DNA from: Massalongia carnosa
Taxonomy: Eukaryota
Length of the DNA: 64,000 nucleotides
Direction: 5' to 3'
Assembly (NCBI GenBank): GCA_965645245.1
Contig: OZ287079.1
Span: forward strand, 1,488,001-1,552,000
Shown here: one piece after another, positions 1 through 13,891 of the stretch
How positions within the stretch are numbered: position 1 is the first letter of the stretch
How the letters are laid out: every line of letters begins with the position of its first letter
The notes under the pieces: model-generated
What the model was told of the DNA's origin: nothing
What the model saw: the letters and a program-made list of their open reading frames with translations, nothing else
The model's database searches: none
Made by a program: the position numbers and the translations under genes

Positions 1-2118
1 GGCTAGTTACTTATTAACTAAGCAGTTCGTTCACCCGTCTCAGTTTCTCCCTGTTCATTCTCCCATCTCGATACATATCTCGTTGGAGGAAAACTCGAAA
101 GAAAACTAAGGCTGGTACCAAACCCCCCGTCCTCCCCCTAAATCTTGAGTTTGAGCTGCTCAAGACCGATTATGGCTTTAACTATGTGACGCCTATATAA
201 AACGGCATGCATTTCATGCACCAAATTCTAAAGGTCGGGCTGAGATTGAATCCTTGATATTATCTGCGTTATATTCAAATATACACCCCAGGAACTTTGG
301 GAAGTCCAGGCAAATAACTGAGCTAAGTTAAAGCCACTTCTTGGGCATTAAAGGCCTTCCCCCGTTAAATCTAAAAATTCGTGCGGGCTTTTGCACGTCT
401 CATTTGCATTTCCGGCATTGCGATACTGATAGTGACATTAGAAAAGGTCCATATTGACTTGGTGTTCTCTTACTAGGCACCCTACAATTGAGAGACCATA
501 TTCTTCAATAGTCTGCTACAATTCTCGATTTTGGGTATGATTGAACCTTAGTTCAGATAATAAAGAACTCCATTCAAAGCATACCTTCTCTAAGCGTCTT
601 GTCTCTGGAGTTTCGTCGTTCAAAGGGCATCGTTTTGTTTAGGACCTCTTGCAGATCTGATAAAACAAGGAATGCTTTATCTCTGAAAGGATCTCTGGAA
701 AGAATGACGGGCCCTGGTGTTCAAATATCACCGCTCTCTATTATTTTTACTACTTGTTGAACTCTCCTTTTTCCTTAGCAACGGCGTTTTCCATGCAAGA
801 GAGTGGATTCAATCGAAACAACTCCAATCCATTTTCAAGTCAGACTAAACTCCGGAATCTTTGTTGTATTTAAGATATACTGCCAGGAAAATAATTTTCA
901 GCTACCCTAGATGGAGATGGTTAGCTCGATTCGACAGTCAGGACGAAGATTATGGGCGAACAGGATGTTTCCATGGATGGATTTAAGCCTTTAGGGGAAA
1001 GCCATCTTGCTGGTTTATTAATTCTTCTTCACGCTGGATTCGTTAACAAAATAAGTTATACCCATTTACAAAAGGGAAAGCTCATGACAGTTTATAGCTT
1101 CCTTTCTTACTCCATATGCTTCGCGATGTCCTAGTAAGATTAGTGCTGTTCTTAGCAGCGCCACTGCGGCTTTACAGATAACAACTGATGGCACTCTATT
1201 AATAATTCGGATGGAATGCCTAACCTGAATGGACATTTAAATCTAGAAATGTTCCAACTGAATTCGATTGCCAATGTGCCATTGGTGTCACTCGATTAGA
1301 ATTGCTGAAGGATCAGTTCTGTAAACTTGTTCGTCCAGGGCAAACCTAGTTCTGTGGCGCATCCCTACCATCCACCAGTCCAGGCTTCCAATTTTTGTAA
1401 CGATTAAATTTCTAGCTGTCATAAAGAAATCTAGACGCATGAACGGGGAGATGTGTTGCAAGGTAAGCTGTGCAGAGGCAAGGAGGTTAATGATAGTTCA
1501 ACACCTCCGACCGAGGAGTTTATACTTTGACACTGAAAAGTCTAGCAAAATAAATATTCACTGAAAACATGATTAGCGTTACAGATCTATCCGCAGCAGG
1601 ACCATCAGCTGTGGATATCAAACGTTGTATAATTATATCAATTGAGCAATTTAAACACGGTCGTCTTCTACTTGGAACTTGTCGTCCACCTACTGTACTC
1701 ATACTTTCACGTCAATTTCTCTTGCATTATCTTGTTTCCTGAAAATGAGCTGTTTTGCTTGAGGGTTTGTGAGAGACGATCATGACTACAATCCCTTCAA
1801 GTCCTTAAGCATCACCAATCTCTCAACAGTCTCAATAGCATCTTGGGAAACCAACGGTACTAAATTCGCTCTTCTAGCTCACGTGATCGCTCATATATCC
1901 AATTATTACATACCCCTGCATTTATTTCTGAATTTCACCGTAGTTCAATAAGAGTTTAGCGGATACAACCATCAAATTTCTGATGTGAATCTCCTTGTTT
2001 AAGCTTGTGCATGACACTTATCACTTCACAACTACATTTTTACAGAACACTGATATGGTATAGCCTGAGCTGTGGCTCAAGTTGTTGTACCTTGTGCCTA
2101 TATCTGGCTTCATTCAGC

Positions 2119-4872
2119 ATGGCTACAGAGGCCGTTGCCATTCGCACCAATGGCATGAAACCTCTCAACAATAAACCGCCAGAGGATGTTGAATATGACA
2201 GGATCCTGAGTTTGCGTGGAGAAGTCTTAACAGAGACCCATCCGCGTTTGAAAGCGCCAGTAGAGTCTCTCAAGCAAGGTATGAATCGCTCAGTTGGAAT
2301 GCCGACATCGATGGCGTCTCCTCGAATGCAAAATGGTGTCAACAAACTACCCCAAGCCAACCATACAATACCCACGATATCGGGGAACCCACCTGTCTCA
2401 GCATTACAGCCATCGATTTCTAAACACAACTCACCTCATATGCAGTGCACGCCAGCCTCGGCGCCAGCATCATCGGGGTTACACCCTATATTCTTAACTA
2501 AATCTGACGTGCTAGTAAGGGCGGAGTTGCAGCAAAAGAGACAGCGCATCGAACGCGCCTTAGAGGAACAGTTCAAGCAGAAGATGGTAATATCACGGCA
2601 AAGAGGACTTGATCAAGATTCTCTTCCAGACTTCGACACCACAAACGTGCTGAGAGAAGCCCAGCAGATCGTAAAACCTATCAATCTAGTTGAGACTAAT
2701 GGCGCTAACCGCCCTGTATCTTCCAGCGACTCCTTTGACGAGAACACATTCTACTCAAGTCAAATGAATGATTCTGCAACCGAAGAGGTAGATGAATCGG
2801 TCAAGTCGCGTCCCAAACGGGTATGCAGGTTTTTCTTTGATGGTCACTGTCGGGAGGGGGACGCATGCACTTTTTCACACGATCCTGCACTAAAACAAAG
2901 GGTTGGCGCGGTTCGGCTTGAGGCAATGGATATCGACAGCGTCAATGCTGACGAACAGGCCCCTTTACGTACTAACGATAACCTGCATCCTGCTTCTATA
3001 AATGATAACCGCAATGCTTCTCCGACGTCTCAGCATGAAATCTCACGGCTGAAACATATCGAATTTCTTGAAGCACAGCTCCGAAGCTTGAAATCTGGAG
3101 TAGGTGGTGACTTACCAAATCCTATCAAAGAACACTCCAACAACCGTCCGAACCCGACTGAGCCAGCTTATCCTTCCCTTAATACAGGCGATCTTGTGAT
3201 GGTTCGACAAAATGGGGAAAATGGCGGAAAAGATAATCGGGGGCCCGGAAAAGGCAAACAAAATAATCCAAGCGAAAGCAATGCTCTGACAAAACTTGAC
3301 AATATCAGTCGTGAGTATGTTCGCCGTGATCAGAACCCTCGTTCCCCACCACCACGTGAAGTTCGGGTTGTTAGGAATCATATAACATCTCCAGTGGCTC
3401 CACAACCTGCTCGCGTCTCGCCTCTTGCTGTGGCGAAAGTCCCCAATATTCATCAAGGACAACGTGCTGCTCCTGATAGGTACCGGCCTTCACGAAATTC
3501 TGGTGGAGAGATCTCTAGTGCTAGGCAAAGTCCTCGCGCTCCTTTACAGCCATTAAATCCAAAGAAGCGAAGACGGGGCATTGATCCCCAGGAAAGAGGC
3601 CGTAATGTCATGCCACGAAGAGACGTAGGCTCACCGGAGGTTCGCGTCAAGACGGAACCAGTATCGCCACAACCTGTCGCGGTTTCCTCTGAGACCTGGC
3701 AGCCGCGCCCAAGGCAAGTCGCGTCGCGGATTATATACCTGGAGAACGATTCCCCGCGATACGGTGACCAGGACCAGACAAACCATGAACCAAGGACTGC
3801 GGATCGTGGCCCCCAAAGATTCTTGACGGAAGAAGGAAGACCATTTACACCTGCTGCACGCCACGTAATCTCCCGGAATGGTAATTCTATTAGCGCTCAT
3901 GAAGAACAGGATCTTCGTCGAGTTGTGAGCGCTCGACAGATTAGGATCCCTCTTTCACCGCTCGAGCAGTTTGCACCCCCTCAACCATCATCGGGAAGAG
4001 CTGCTTCACAGATCTACCTTCCACAACCAAGCCAGCCCATGACGCTGGTGCGTAGGGCATCTGCTCAGCCTCAACCAATACCTTACGTTGATCGTGATCG
4101 ATCATTCTCCCCTTTACCCCGTGCAAGATTTTCTCCTACGATACGCGGCCCAATCACCATGGCACCTCCTGCACGGCGCGTAGTAGTTGATCAATATGGT
4201 CATAGGTACGAGGCCCCGCCACCTTCTGACCGACAGACTTCCCTTATTCCGATCGGCCGCGCGGCCGAGGTCATCCCGCGATATGAACAGCTTGTTCCAC
4301 ATAGCCCAAGCTTTCGAGAAACTCAGGTGGTGAATATTTACGATGAACGGCGATTTATCCGTCGGGCTCAGTCCCCCCCGCCGCCCCAATACGTCGAGTA
4401 CCACCCGACCTCTACTTCAAGACATGTTCTAGACCGAGAAAGCAACCAATATTACGGCGAAGAAGTTTATATACCTCGCAATGACGGTGTACGAGCGATG
4501 GACTATGGCGAACCTCGGTCGACAGGCCATTACGAGGGGATCATGCGTCCCAGAGAGGGAATAGTTAGGACGGAGAGTGTTCGGCCAGTTGCCGTGGGTC
4601 CCTATGAAGAGCCTCGCGAACAAATTGCTAGGCTCCAAAGCGTGCGCCCTGAGCAGGACCGGGTTATCAACCTGGAAAGGAGACGAGAAGTGATCCCACT
4701 ACGTCAAGTCAATGTACGAGCCGACGATGCATTTGGGTTTGCTGAGACGGAGAGGCCAAAGTATCGGTATGCAACTGAAGCGCAAGAAAGGAGATATGTG
4801 AATGAAATTTCCGACGATGTTGTCTACGAGGCACCAAGGAGTACAGGTAGGCGGCCGCTTCAACGGTTGTAA
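2119..4872 (+). CDS. CCCH zinc-finger protein, largely disordered and Pro/Arg-rich (~917 aa)
   Basis: Long uninterrupted ORF with first ATG at 2119 (MATEAVAI). One C-x7-C-x5-C-x3-H finger (CRFFFDGHCREGDACTFSH) and a coiled segment (LVRAELQQKRQRIERALEEQ). Confidence 0.8.
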   Translation: MATEAVAIRTNGMKPLNNKPPEDVEYDRILSLRGEVLTETHPRLKAPVESLKQGMNRSVGMPTSMASPRMQNGVNKLPQANHTIPTISGNPPVSALQPSISKHNSPHMQCTPASAPASSGLHPIFLTKSDVLVRAELQQKRQRIERALEEQFKQKMVISRQRGLDQDSLPDFDTTNVLREAQQIVKPINLVETNGANRPVSSSDSFDENTFYSSQMNDSATEEVDESVKSRPKRVCRFFFDGHCREGDACTFSHDPALKQRVGAVRLEAMDIDSVNADEQAPLRTNDNLHPASINDNRNASPTSQHEISRLKHIEFLEAQLRSLKSGVGGDLPNPIKEHSNNRPNPTEPAYPSLNTGDLVMVRQNGENGGKDNRGPGKGKQNNPSESNALTKLDNISREYVRRDQNPRSPPPREVRVVRNHITSPVAPQPARVSPLAVAKVPNIHQGQRAAPDRYRPSRNSGGEISSARQSPRAPLQPLNPKKRRRGIDPQERGRNVMPRRDVGSPEVRVKTEPVSPQPVAVSSETWQPRPRQVASRIIYLENDSPRYGDQDQTNHEPRTADRGPQRFLTEEGRPFTPAARHVISRNGNSISAHEEQDLRRVVSARQIRIPLSPLEQFAPPQPSSGRAASQIYLPQPSQPMTLVRRASAQPQPIPYVDRDRSFSPLPRARFSPTIRGPITMAPPARRVVVDQYGHRYEAPPPSDRQTSLIPIGRAAEVIPRYEQLVPHSPSFRETQVVNIYDERRFIRRAQSPPPPQYVEYHPTSTSRHVLDRESNQYYGEEVYIPRNDGVRAMDYGEPRSTGHYEGIMRPREGIVRTESVRPVAVGPYEEPREQIARLQSVRPEQDRVINLERRREVIPLRQVNVRADDAFGFAETERPKYRYATEAQERRYVNEISDDVVYEAPRSTGRRPLQRL

Positions 4873-6023
4873 AACCTGTCGTTATCAGCTGTCATCTACA
4901 ACTCACACCAGAAGCACTACACTTATATTTATCAGCACATCGAACTTCGTTTAACTGAAGCTCCGGAGGCATTCTTTTTTAAACTATCATTAGACTTGCT
5001 AGGGAAGGGAGGACGGGGAAGGAAAGCAGCGAGCACGTGATGTTGGAGGGATTTGGAGATCTCTCTAATTCGATTCATGGCGGGAATGCAAGTAGGTGCT
5101 AATAATGCTTTGTAATAAGTTAATTAAATGTGTAAATCAAGCTCAAATGCACTGCTTGCTGTGATACTCTGTCCACTGCATTATCCTAATCCAATAATAC
5201 TTTGCATCCCAAACACTGATCAGCCGTCTTCTGAAAAGCCACAACTTTTTCCATTCCGAATGATAGAGGTTAAATATCACGTGGACACACACCCTTCCCT
5301 AGGCATACCACTCCGCCTTCATCGTAATACCACTCCTTTTCGGGGAAAGTCAGCCACGACTAGGTCATACGTGTCTATTTATAAACCTTAATGCAGCTGG
5401 AAGCCGTTTGATAGTGAGAATTGCCTGCCTGACGCTCCTTAGGGCCTCGAGAGCAGAAGACGAAACGAGGATGATCGAATCTGCGTGATTTAATATACCA
5501 ACGTCATTGTGAATGCGATGTCTTGAAGCCTTTTGGACGGCATCCCACTTCCACATCACTCATGTGCTTGTTCGTATAATTCACATATGCATGTTTTTCT
5601 TGGTGATGAACCAACTTTCACCGTTACCGCGAAACAGGATTTCTCCGGAAACCCCATAGCACTCGATAACTTACATCCGTACACGTAATGTTAAGAAATC
5701 CAGGCCTCGGAGTATAATTGTCCCATGCCGCTTACCAAAATATGCCCCAGGTGGATTTGACCCGGTATTAGCTCCATCTGTAATGTAAAACCGAACCATA
5801 CAGAGTAGAGTACAGAGTTCAGAGTCCGTTCACGATATGTACATCTCCGCGCTAAACTCCACCTATCTATCTCCCTACCGACCTATTCATCACATTCTCT
5901 ACTCCGTACTTCCCCCCATCGTATGCCACCCCCAAATTAATAAACCTTTTCACGCCCTGCAGCGGATGCTGTGTTTATGTTCCTTCACGTCGCTCTCTTA
6001 ATACCCTCGTAGACGGATGTTGA

Positions 6024-9000
6024 ATGTACGGAACAATGCAGAAGTTCGGGAATTTCGCAGGCCAGGCGAGACATGGTTTGGACAAGATTACACCGTCCGC
6101 CTTGATGTCGAGGCCAAACATGGAGATGCCCATTTCGCATTCGATCAAGCGTCCGGTAGTCTCGTCACCCATGTCCCCGATGACTCCGGCCGATACCATG
6201 GTCAACCTCTCCTTCAATGTCCCCTTCTCCTCCAACCTCACCGGACCTGATCCCGAAGAGATCATTCATGCAAGTCCAGACGCTGTTCGGAGATGGACGT
6301 TTCCAGAGGGGGTGGAAGAAGGAACGCCAACCCACAAATTGCCGGTACATGCGAGCAACGTCGAGCAGTTGAGGAGACTGTGTAGGATCTTGAGTGAAGG
6401 TATTGTAGGCCGGGTAGAGGCTACCGTGACCTCGTCGGAACCGAAGCCGATTCCTGCGTTGCAACGACGGCCGTTGAAAGGCTTGGTCACCAACGTGTGC
6501 GTGTCGGGAGATGCGGAGATGGTGCATAAGATGAGAGCTAAAATCTTGAACGAAACACCCATTGCACTGGTAAAATGCGAATTGGAAGTATACGAGTCTC
6601 TACGTGCTAACAGGATTGTAGAGATGTGCGATTGTCGACATTGACACGAACCTGGTCCTTGATCACGCCTTTAACGGAATTCGAGCAAACGTTCTCGACC
6701 ACATTGATATACTCGCCAAGTTTACAGGAACCGATATATTTTTGCTCAATCCCAAGCAGGTTGACCCGGAAGCTCCTACTTCAAGCTATGGCAACGGGAC
6801 GGACCAGGTCTTTGATCAGCGGCTCCGCATTGCAATATATGGTGATCCGGAAAGCTCGGAGCATGCCAAGACGAGGGTATTGATAATGATTGATCAAGTA
6901 GTAGGTTCAACAATAAGATCTGCTTTTAAGGCGTGTTGCTAAATATAGTATTAGCTCAAACGTACGGTAGACGTTATGAAAGTTGAGTTATCGTTACACA
7001 CCATTATCTGTGGCCGTACGCGCAAAAATATCCGGTTGATTGAATCTGCTACGAATACGGCCATCTATTTTCCTCCGCCATTTCCAAGGATTTATGGTTA
7101 TACGCCACCTGGAGCACACAAGAGAGGCGAGGACGAAGTTTACATTACGGGTGAGGATCAAGATAGCATCAATCAAGCCAAAAAAAAGCTTCTAGAGCTC
7201 GTTTTGAACACTAAGTGCTACGTCAAGGATGTGATAGTATCTGCAAGCAAGATCGATAGCATCTTGTTAGATCGGCTAGACAAAGTTCGCAAAGTCATGG
7301 AGACGAATGGATCCTACGTTCTCTTTCCACAGCTGGGAAGTCAGCGTGGCTTGATTCGGGTCCAAGGCACAGAAATTCTACATGTTGAGCGAACTGTGCG
7401 AGAAATTATGGCTCTGGTGAGTTTTTAGCCCCCCCAATGGGGTTCCAGGTTGCATTATTTAACGTGAAGTAGGCTGGTCAATTCTATTCAGCATCGTGGT
7501 GGCTATTGTTGCCAGATGCCCCTCAGGCCGGTGCTATGCGAGCGCCTTCTCCGACCGAAATTCGTACGATGCTTTCCGATATTTGCACCAATTCGGGCGC
7601 TGATGTTGGATTTGACAAACTCACATTTTCAATTAACGGCTCCGACGATGCTGTCAAGGCTGCGATGATGGTTATCCATCAGATTCCATTTGTCAAACGG
7701 GCTCAAATTCAGATCCGGGTGAAAATCGAGCTTGCCAATGAGCATAAGGAGTTTGTGAGCGGTAAGAAGAATGGCAAGATCAACAAGATCATGGGGCAAA
7801 GTATGAAACCGCACGCCTATTTTATGTACATCAAATCTAACGTCCTAATTTAGGCAACGTACAAATCATATTCGACGGCTTCAACGAATACAACTTTTAC
7901 ATCGACGTATGCGGAGCTCAATATGACGCCACCAAAAATGGTCTTGATCTTGTGGAGCAAGAAATGCCCGCCTCGATTTCCTTTCATGTTCCCGACCAAT
8001 ACCACAAGCGCATCATCGGCATCGGTGGTCAGCATATTCAGCGGATCATGAAAAAGTACTCAGTGTTTGTCAAGTTCTCAAATGCCATGGACCGTGGGGG
8101 AATCGGCAAGGAGGACGATGACATCAAAGTTGATAACGTCATTTGCCGAACGCCGGCTCGTAATGCGCAGAGTCTGGACATGGTCAAGCAAGAGATTATG
8201 GATATGGTTGAGAAAGTGGTATGTCAACCTGACGATTTCGAAGAGGAATCTCCCACATCCATTTACGAAACCGCTGCAAACATCTGACTTGTTCAATGTG
8301 CTGCAAAGGACGCGGAGTTTGTCGCTGAAACCGTGGTCATCAACCGCCTGTACCATAGAGAACTCATTACTCGAATGAGCGAAATTGAGGAGCTTGAGAA
8401 GAAATGGAATTGCAAGGTTGATTTTCCCAGCACCGAAATGGCAAGTGATGTAGTCACCATATCTGGGCCCGAGTATCAAGTTCCTCAAGCCGTTGACGCA
8501 TTTCTGGTACCTGCTGCTCTCTTCCTTGCCGTGCCATTGTCGATGCTAAGATTAATACAGGGCATGGTGCCGGAGAGCCATGAAATCGTGCTGCCGGCTG
8601 GCTTCCAGCTAAAGGCCTTTTTCAAATCCTCCGACTTCCATTCCGAAGTGCGGCAGAAGCTCAAGGATCAGTACGAGGTGGAACTGCGTGTCCGTGATAG
8701 TCCCACCATTGCCGATGAGTCCACGAGCAGTGAAGAACGCCTTTTGCTTTCGTACACGCGGAACAATGCCGGCGGCCTCAAGGATGCCATTGACTTCATG
8801 GTATCACGTCTTATCGGGCATGGCTTGGATGCTACCACTGTCAAAGGAGCAATCCCACGACCGAAGTCCGACTCGTTTGAAGACTCTCTTCCATTTTTTG
8901 ACTCCAAACTGCTGCAGAATGCGCCGGCTCCACTAGGAACGGACTCGCCTACCCGATCCACCTTTGGGGATGATGCCAGCGAACGAGGTTCTCTCTTCGA

Positions 9001-9364
9001 CAAACTCCGCAAACCTGGAAGCATTTCCTCCATCTCCTCCTTTCTGGACCGTCGTAAGAACCAATCCAGCTCTCCCGGCTCGTTCTTCAAGCAGGCATCG
9101 TCCAACGCGTCTCGTGCCTCGCTGGTCTCGATGGAGTCTCGCGACAGCGGGTATCGCAATCCGTGGAACGATAGCGCGGTGAACCTTGCGGAGGACGACG
9201 GCCATAACGGATGGCCGGCACGATTCGAGAACAAATTTCCCTTTGGCGTTGTCGCGGGGGACACGACTCCCAAGCACGATCCGCGGGTGTCTTTTGATAG
9301 CGGGCGTCCGGGTACGTCCCATTCTACTTCTGGATACCCGGCCCCCATTGGGCCACCGCGTTAG
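6024..9364 (+). CDS. Multi-KH-domain RNA-binding protein (Mug60/YLL032C-like), spliced
   Basis: ORF pieces join through GT-AG introns (6570-6621, 6901-6954, 7417-~7471, ~7801-7853, ~8219-8309, 8507-8560). KH GxxG-type loops: IICGRTRKNI, FVSGKKNGKINKI, IIGIGGQHIQRI. Start codon uncertain (6024 or a later ATG). Confidence 0.85.
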
Positions 9365-10108
9365 CAGGTTGTTACGATTTTTCCTTGGTGATTATGTTAC
9401 GATATGATCCGAACGAATACCCCCTCTCCCCGAAGCAACAAGCGCAATCGAAACGGGCTAGCGTGGCGCTATTGTCCTCGGTTCTTTCCCATTTATGCTC
9501 GAGATAATACCAATTTGTTTGATCGACGGGACTGTTTTTCTTCTAGACATGAGATATCCCTTCCTTTTTCTCCACCGTGGGCTTGATGTTGTCCCTGACC
9601 GAGACTCAAAGCTGGCTTTTTCGTTTGTTTTGCGCTAGATACCACAGATAGAACCGGATGGATGTGCTTGACGCTTTCGTTATACATTTGTTTCCCTGAT
9701 GCTTGAAGGATTCGAGCTTGAATGCTGGCTCCTATGATTCTGTGACTGATCAATGGCGTACGGAGAACTGATGACCATGCTCGTGTGCTTTCGTCCAGAG
9801 TATTCTGTGGCAATGAGTACGGGCTTTGGGGAATGTTAACTCCGAAAAACCTTTGCCGCGTATAGCCGAAGCAAGGAGGCGGCAACTAAGAAAGCCCCAG
9901 CAGAATGCCTAAATGCCTAACTATCCAGTCCCTACCCAGTACCGATCGACCGACCCTGACGTAGCTTATCGTCGGGAGTCAATTCTGCCATTCTGCCATT
10001 TTCGGTTTTTTCTTTTCTTTTCCACCCTCTGGCGTTCGTTCCTCTGGAGCATTCCCTTTCCATAAATTCTCTATACGATACTTGAAAGCTGTCGTTGATT
10101 CACTCACA

Positions 10109-12153
10109 ATGTACGTCTTGCACCGTTCGATTGATCTTTGAAGAGGGAGCTTGGCGGGAGGAGCGCCTCTCCGAGAAAGAAAGATCTGGCTTCTGATGGG
10201 TATTGACCGCTAGGTACACGGCATCGTTTGCTTTCTTTGAGGCGATATGGGAGGTATGCACTGGTCAACCGTTGCTCAATTCACCCTATCACCGTATGAA
10301 CGGGATTGATTGTTTCCTGGCAGGCCGGCATCACCCACTGTTTCGTCAACCTCGGATCCGATCATCCCAGCATCATTGAAGCCATGGTTAAGGGCCAGAA
10401 CGAAAAGAAGGGACAATTCCCTCGGATTATCACTTGTCCCAACGAGGTGCGTTCTCGCCATGGTGACGCCTTGCGTATATCTGATTGGCTTAACTCACCG
10501 TAGATGGTCGCGCTTTCCATGGCGGACGGCTACGCCCGCTTCACCTCTAAACCTCAATGCGTGATCGTTCACGTAGATGTCGGCACCCAGGGCCTCGGGG
10601 CAGCTGTGCACAATGCCTCCTGCGGCCGGGCTCCCGTCCTCATATTCGCCGGCCTATCCCCCTTCACCCTCGACGGCGAGCTGCGGGGATCCCGCACCGA
10701 ATACATCCACTGGATTCAGGACGTGCCCGATCAGAAGCAGATTGTGGCGCAGTATTGCCGTTACGTGGGGGAAATTAAGACGGGGCGGAACGTTAAGCAG
10801 ATTGTCAATCGTGCCCTGCAGTTTGCGACGAGCGCACCCATGGGGCCCGTTTACCTGGTTGGGGCGCGGGAGGTCATGGAGGAAGAGCTGGATCCGTATG
10901 CGTTGGTGCAGGAACATTGGGGCCCCGTGGGGCCGACGGCCTTGACGGAGGATGCGGTCAGGCAGATTGCGATGGCCCTGGTGCATGCGAAGGAGCCGCT
11001 GGTGCTGACGGGGTATTGCGGGCGCAACCACGACGCGGTGGCCGAACTAGTCACGCTGACGCAAGCGGTGAAGGGGCTGCGTGTCCTCGACACCAGCGGC
11101 AGCGACATGTGTTTTCCCGCCGACCACCGCGCTAGCTTAGGGTTGCGCTATGGCGTGGACGATAGCATCCGCACGGCCGACGTGATCCTGGTCGCCGACT
11201 GCGACGTCCCCTGGATTCCGACCCGGTGCCAACCACGCAAGGAAGCCCGGGTGTTTCACGTCGACGCCGATCCGCTGAAGCGGCAAATGCCCGTCTTCTA
11301 CATCCCCGCCGAGGCCCGCTACCATGCAGACGCCCGTACCGCCTTCGCGCAACTTCATGGGCATATCTTCGCGGACGAGAGCCTGAAACAGGAAATCGAT
11401 ACCAAGGTTTACGAGGACCGCTGGGCCGCTCTCGAGGAATCTCACGCGAAGCGTCTCCGCTCGATCCACGATCTCGGCGCCATCCCTACCGACGACAATG
11501 CCCCATTCACCATCTCTCACCTTACATCTGCCATCCGCGCCGCCGTCCCCCAGGACACCGTCTTCGCCATCGAAGCTGTGACCAACACCGTCTTCGTTGC
11601 GGATCAGATCCAAGCGAGTCTCCCGGGGTCATGGATCAACTGCGGCGGGGGCGGCCTGGGGTGGTCGGGCGGCGGGGCGCTAGGGATCAAGCTGGCGGTT
11701 GGGACGGAACGATTCGTGTGCCAGATCGTGGGCGATGGGAGTTTTCTGTTCAGCGTACCGGGGAGCGTGTATTGGATCGCGAGGCGGTATGGCCTTCCCG
11801 TATTGACGGTTGTGTTGGGAAACAACGGTAAGCCTCCATGTTCCCCATCCGTCACAGTTCTAGCTAATCCATCCCTTCCATAAAAAGGCTGGAACGCCCC
11901 CCGTAACTCTCTCCTCCTCGTACACCCCACTGGCGCTGCTTCCAAAGCCAGCAATGAGGCGCTGAACATCTCCTTCGCGCCCGACCCGCCCGACTACGCC
12001 GGCATCGCGCGCGCCGCGGCCGGCGGCGGCGAGGACGCGCTGTGGGCCGGGCGGGCTAGTTCAATGGGCGAGCTGAAGGCGAGGCTGGAGGAAGCGGTAA
12101 ATGCGGTTCGCGGCGGGCGGGCGGCGGTGCTGGATGCGCGGTTGGGGGGATGA
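10109..12153 (+). CDS. Thiamine-pyrophosphate-dependent enzyme (acetolactate synthase/benzoylformate decarboxylase-like), spliced
   Basis: Spliced N-terminus MYTASFAFFEAIWE-AGITHCFVNLGSDHP. Catalytic CPNE|MVALSMADGYAR. TPP-binding motif GDGSFLF...VLGNNGW spans intron 11828-11887. Stop TGA at 12151-12153. Confidence 0.9.
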
Positions 12154-13082
12154 AATAGCGGTTGAAGATTAGTGATGAATGCAAGGAAGGACGAGAGTTG
12201 GCGCAGGAAGTGTGGATTGGGATTTTGCTAGGGTTTTTTTCTCCTCCGTCGTTTGTTTTTGTTTCCTACAGGGGTAGGTGGGTGGGTGGGTGGTCGGAAG
12301 CTGATATATATTGATAAATGAATAGATGGGGTAGATTGGTTTTGAGCCGAGTGTGGGGGGGGGGTTGTTATACATACATATGTACGTAATCAAGGGAGAG
12401 ACACACACAGAGAGAGAGAGATAGGAAGCCGGAAGCGAAGTAAAAAAGAAGAGAAGAGATAACCGCTTTCCCCTCACCTTTACACATCACACATCACCAC
12501 CCTACCTTCAACTCATCCAATTCATCCTCCGTACCTCTCTAATCGATAAACTAATCCATCCTTACAGCATTACAGAAAACTCCCCTAAAATCAATCAGTT
12601 CCTGGCTGACTGGGTAAATCGGGTAGGTAGGTAGGAAGATGGCAGATTGGAGTTGGAGTTGGGGGAGGGGGAGGGAAGAAGGGCGAGAGGGGAAGAGAAG
12701 GTCGTGTGGTTGCGGTTGCGGTTGCGGTTGAGACTGTGATGATGATGATGATGATGATGATGGTGATTGTGGAGGAGAGGAAGGAGAGAAAGAGAGAGTC
12801 GATGACTATTATACTATATACGGAATATCAGGACAGGACGGTGAATTAATAGAAGAGAAGAAGAATAAGAAGCGTGGTGATAGAAACTACCACTATCATC
12901 ATCATCAAAAACAAAAACAACACATAATAGTAATGCATACGATTAACCACCCAACCAGCCAGACTTTTTTCAAACCCCTTTATATATGTTTTTTCTTTTT
13001 CGGGATTTTATGACATTACCATGCAAAAACGCTAGGGGTAGAATTAGGATAGGATAGGATAGGTATCTAACATAGTTAACAT

Positions 13083-13188
<106 letters not shown>

Positions 13189-13891
13189 CCACATCATCCC
13201 TTGTTCATCCATTTCTCCAAACCTATCCTTCCCTCTTTCACACAACCCCCCTCCCCTTCGTCTTCTCAAAAAAACACTAGTCGCAGCCCGATCGTCCCCC
13301 ATTCTCATCGAAGTTATTAAAAAATAAAAAACCAAAAAAAAACATCAAGACGCAAAGCAAAAGAATAAAGTGTTCCCACGGTTTTAGCTCTTTCAGCTCT
13401 TTCATTAATCCGGTAACAAAAACAAACTCCACGTGAAAAACCGGTTCCGCTTTCGCCCTGGCCCTCACCCCTCCCGCTGATAAACAAAACCAAGTCATAC
13501 TTTCTGCCTCCCTCTCGTTGTCTCTCACACGGGCTTTAGGTGTCGGCTTGATGGTTAAAGTGTGGTTGCTAGGGTGGAGGTCGTTTTGAGGAGAAATTTC
13601 GAGTATACGACAGAAACAGCAGAAAACGCCGGGGTTATCCAAACGCGGATCCGTATAAATATAGTGTGGCGGGAGAAAGTTGGTGGATGATGGAGGATTT
13701 GATGATGATGACAATGGCGGTTCGGAGGGGTAGAAAGTTGGAATTAATTCAATAAAGCCTAACGAAAAGCAAAAGTCGGCAGGTTTGCACATGAAAAACG
13801 CTCGTCACGAAACCCTCGCACGCCAGACGCCGGATGACCAACGGTCCAGCGCGGGGTGGAAAGGGTGTGGCATGGAAGGCGAGGAGGTTGC

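Noticed and set aside
2005..2118. N-terminal extension of the CCCH protein from TTG at 2005
   Set aside because: Non-ATG start in a eukaryote; ATG at 2119 is the plausible start.
10111..10213. TPP riboswitch in the first intron of a TPP-dependent enzyme
   Set aside because: The conserved aptamer motifs (GCTGAGA, ACCTGAT, GATAATGC..GCGTAGG) are not present.
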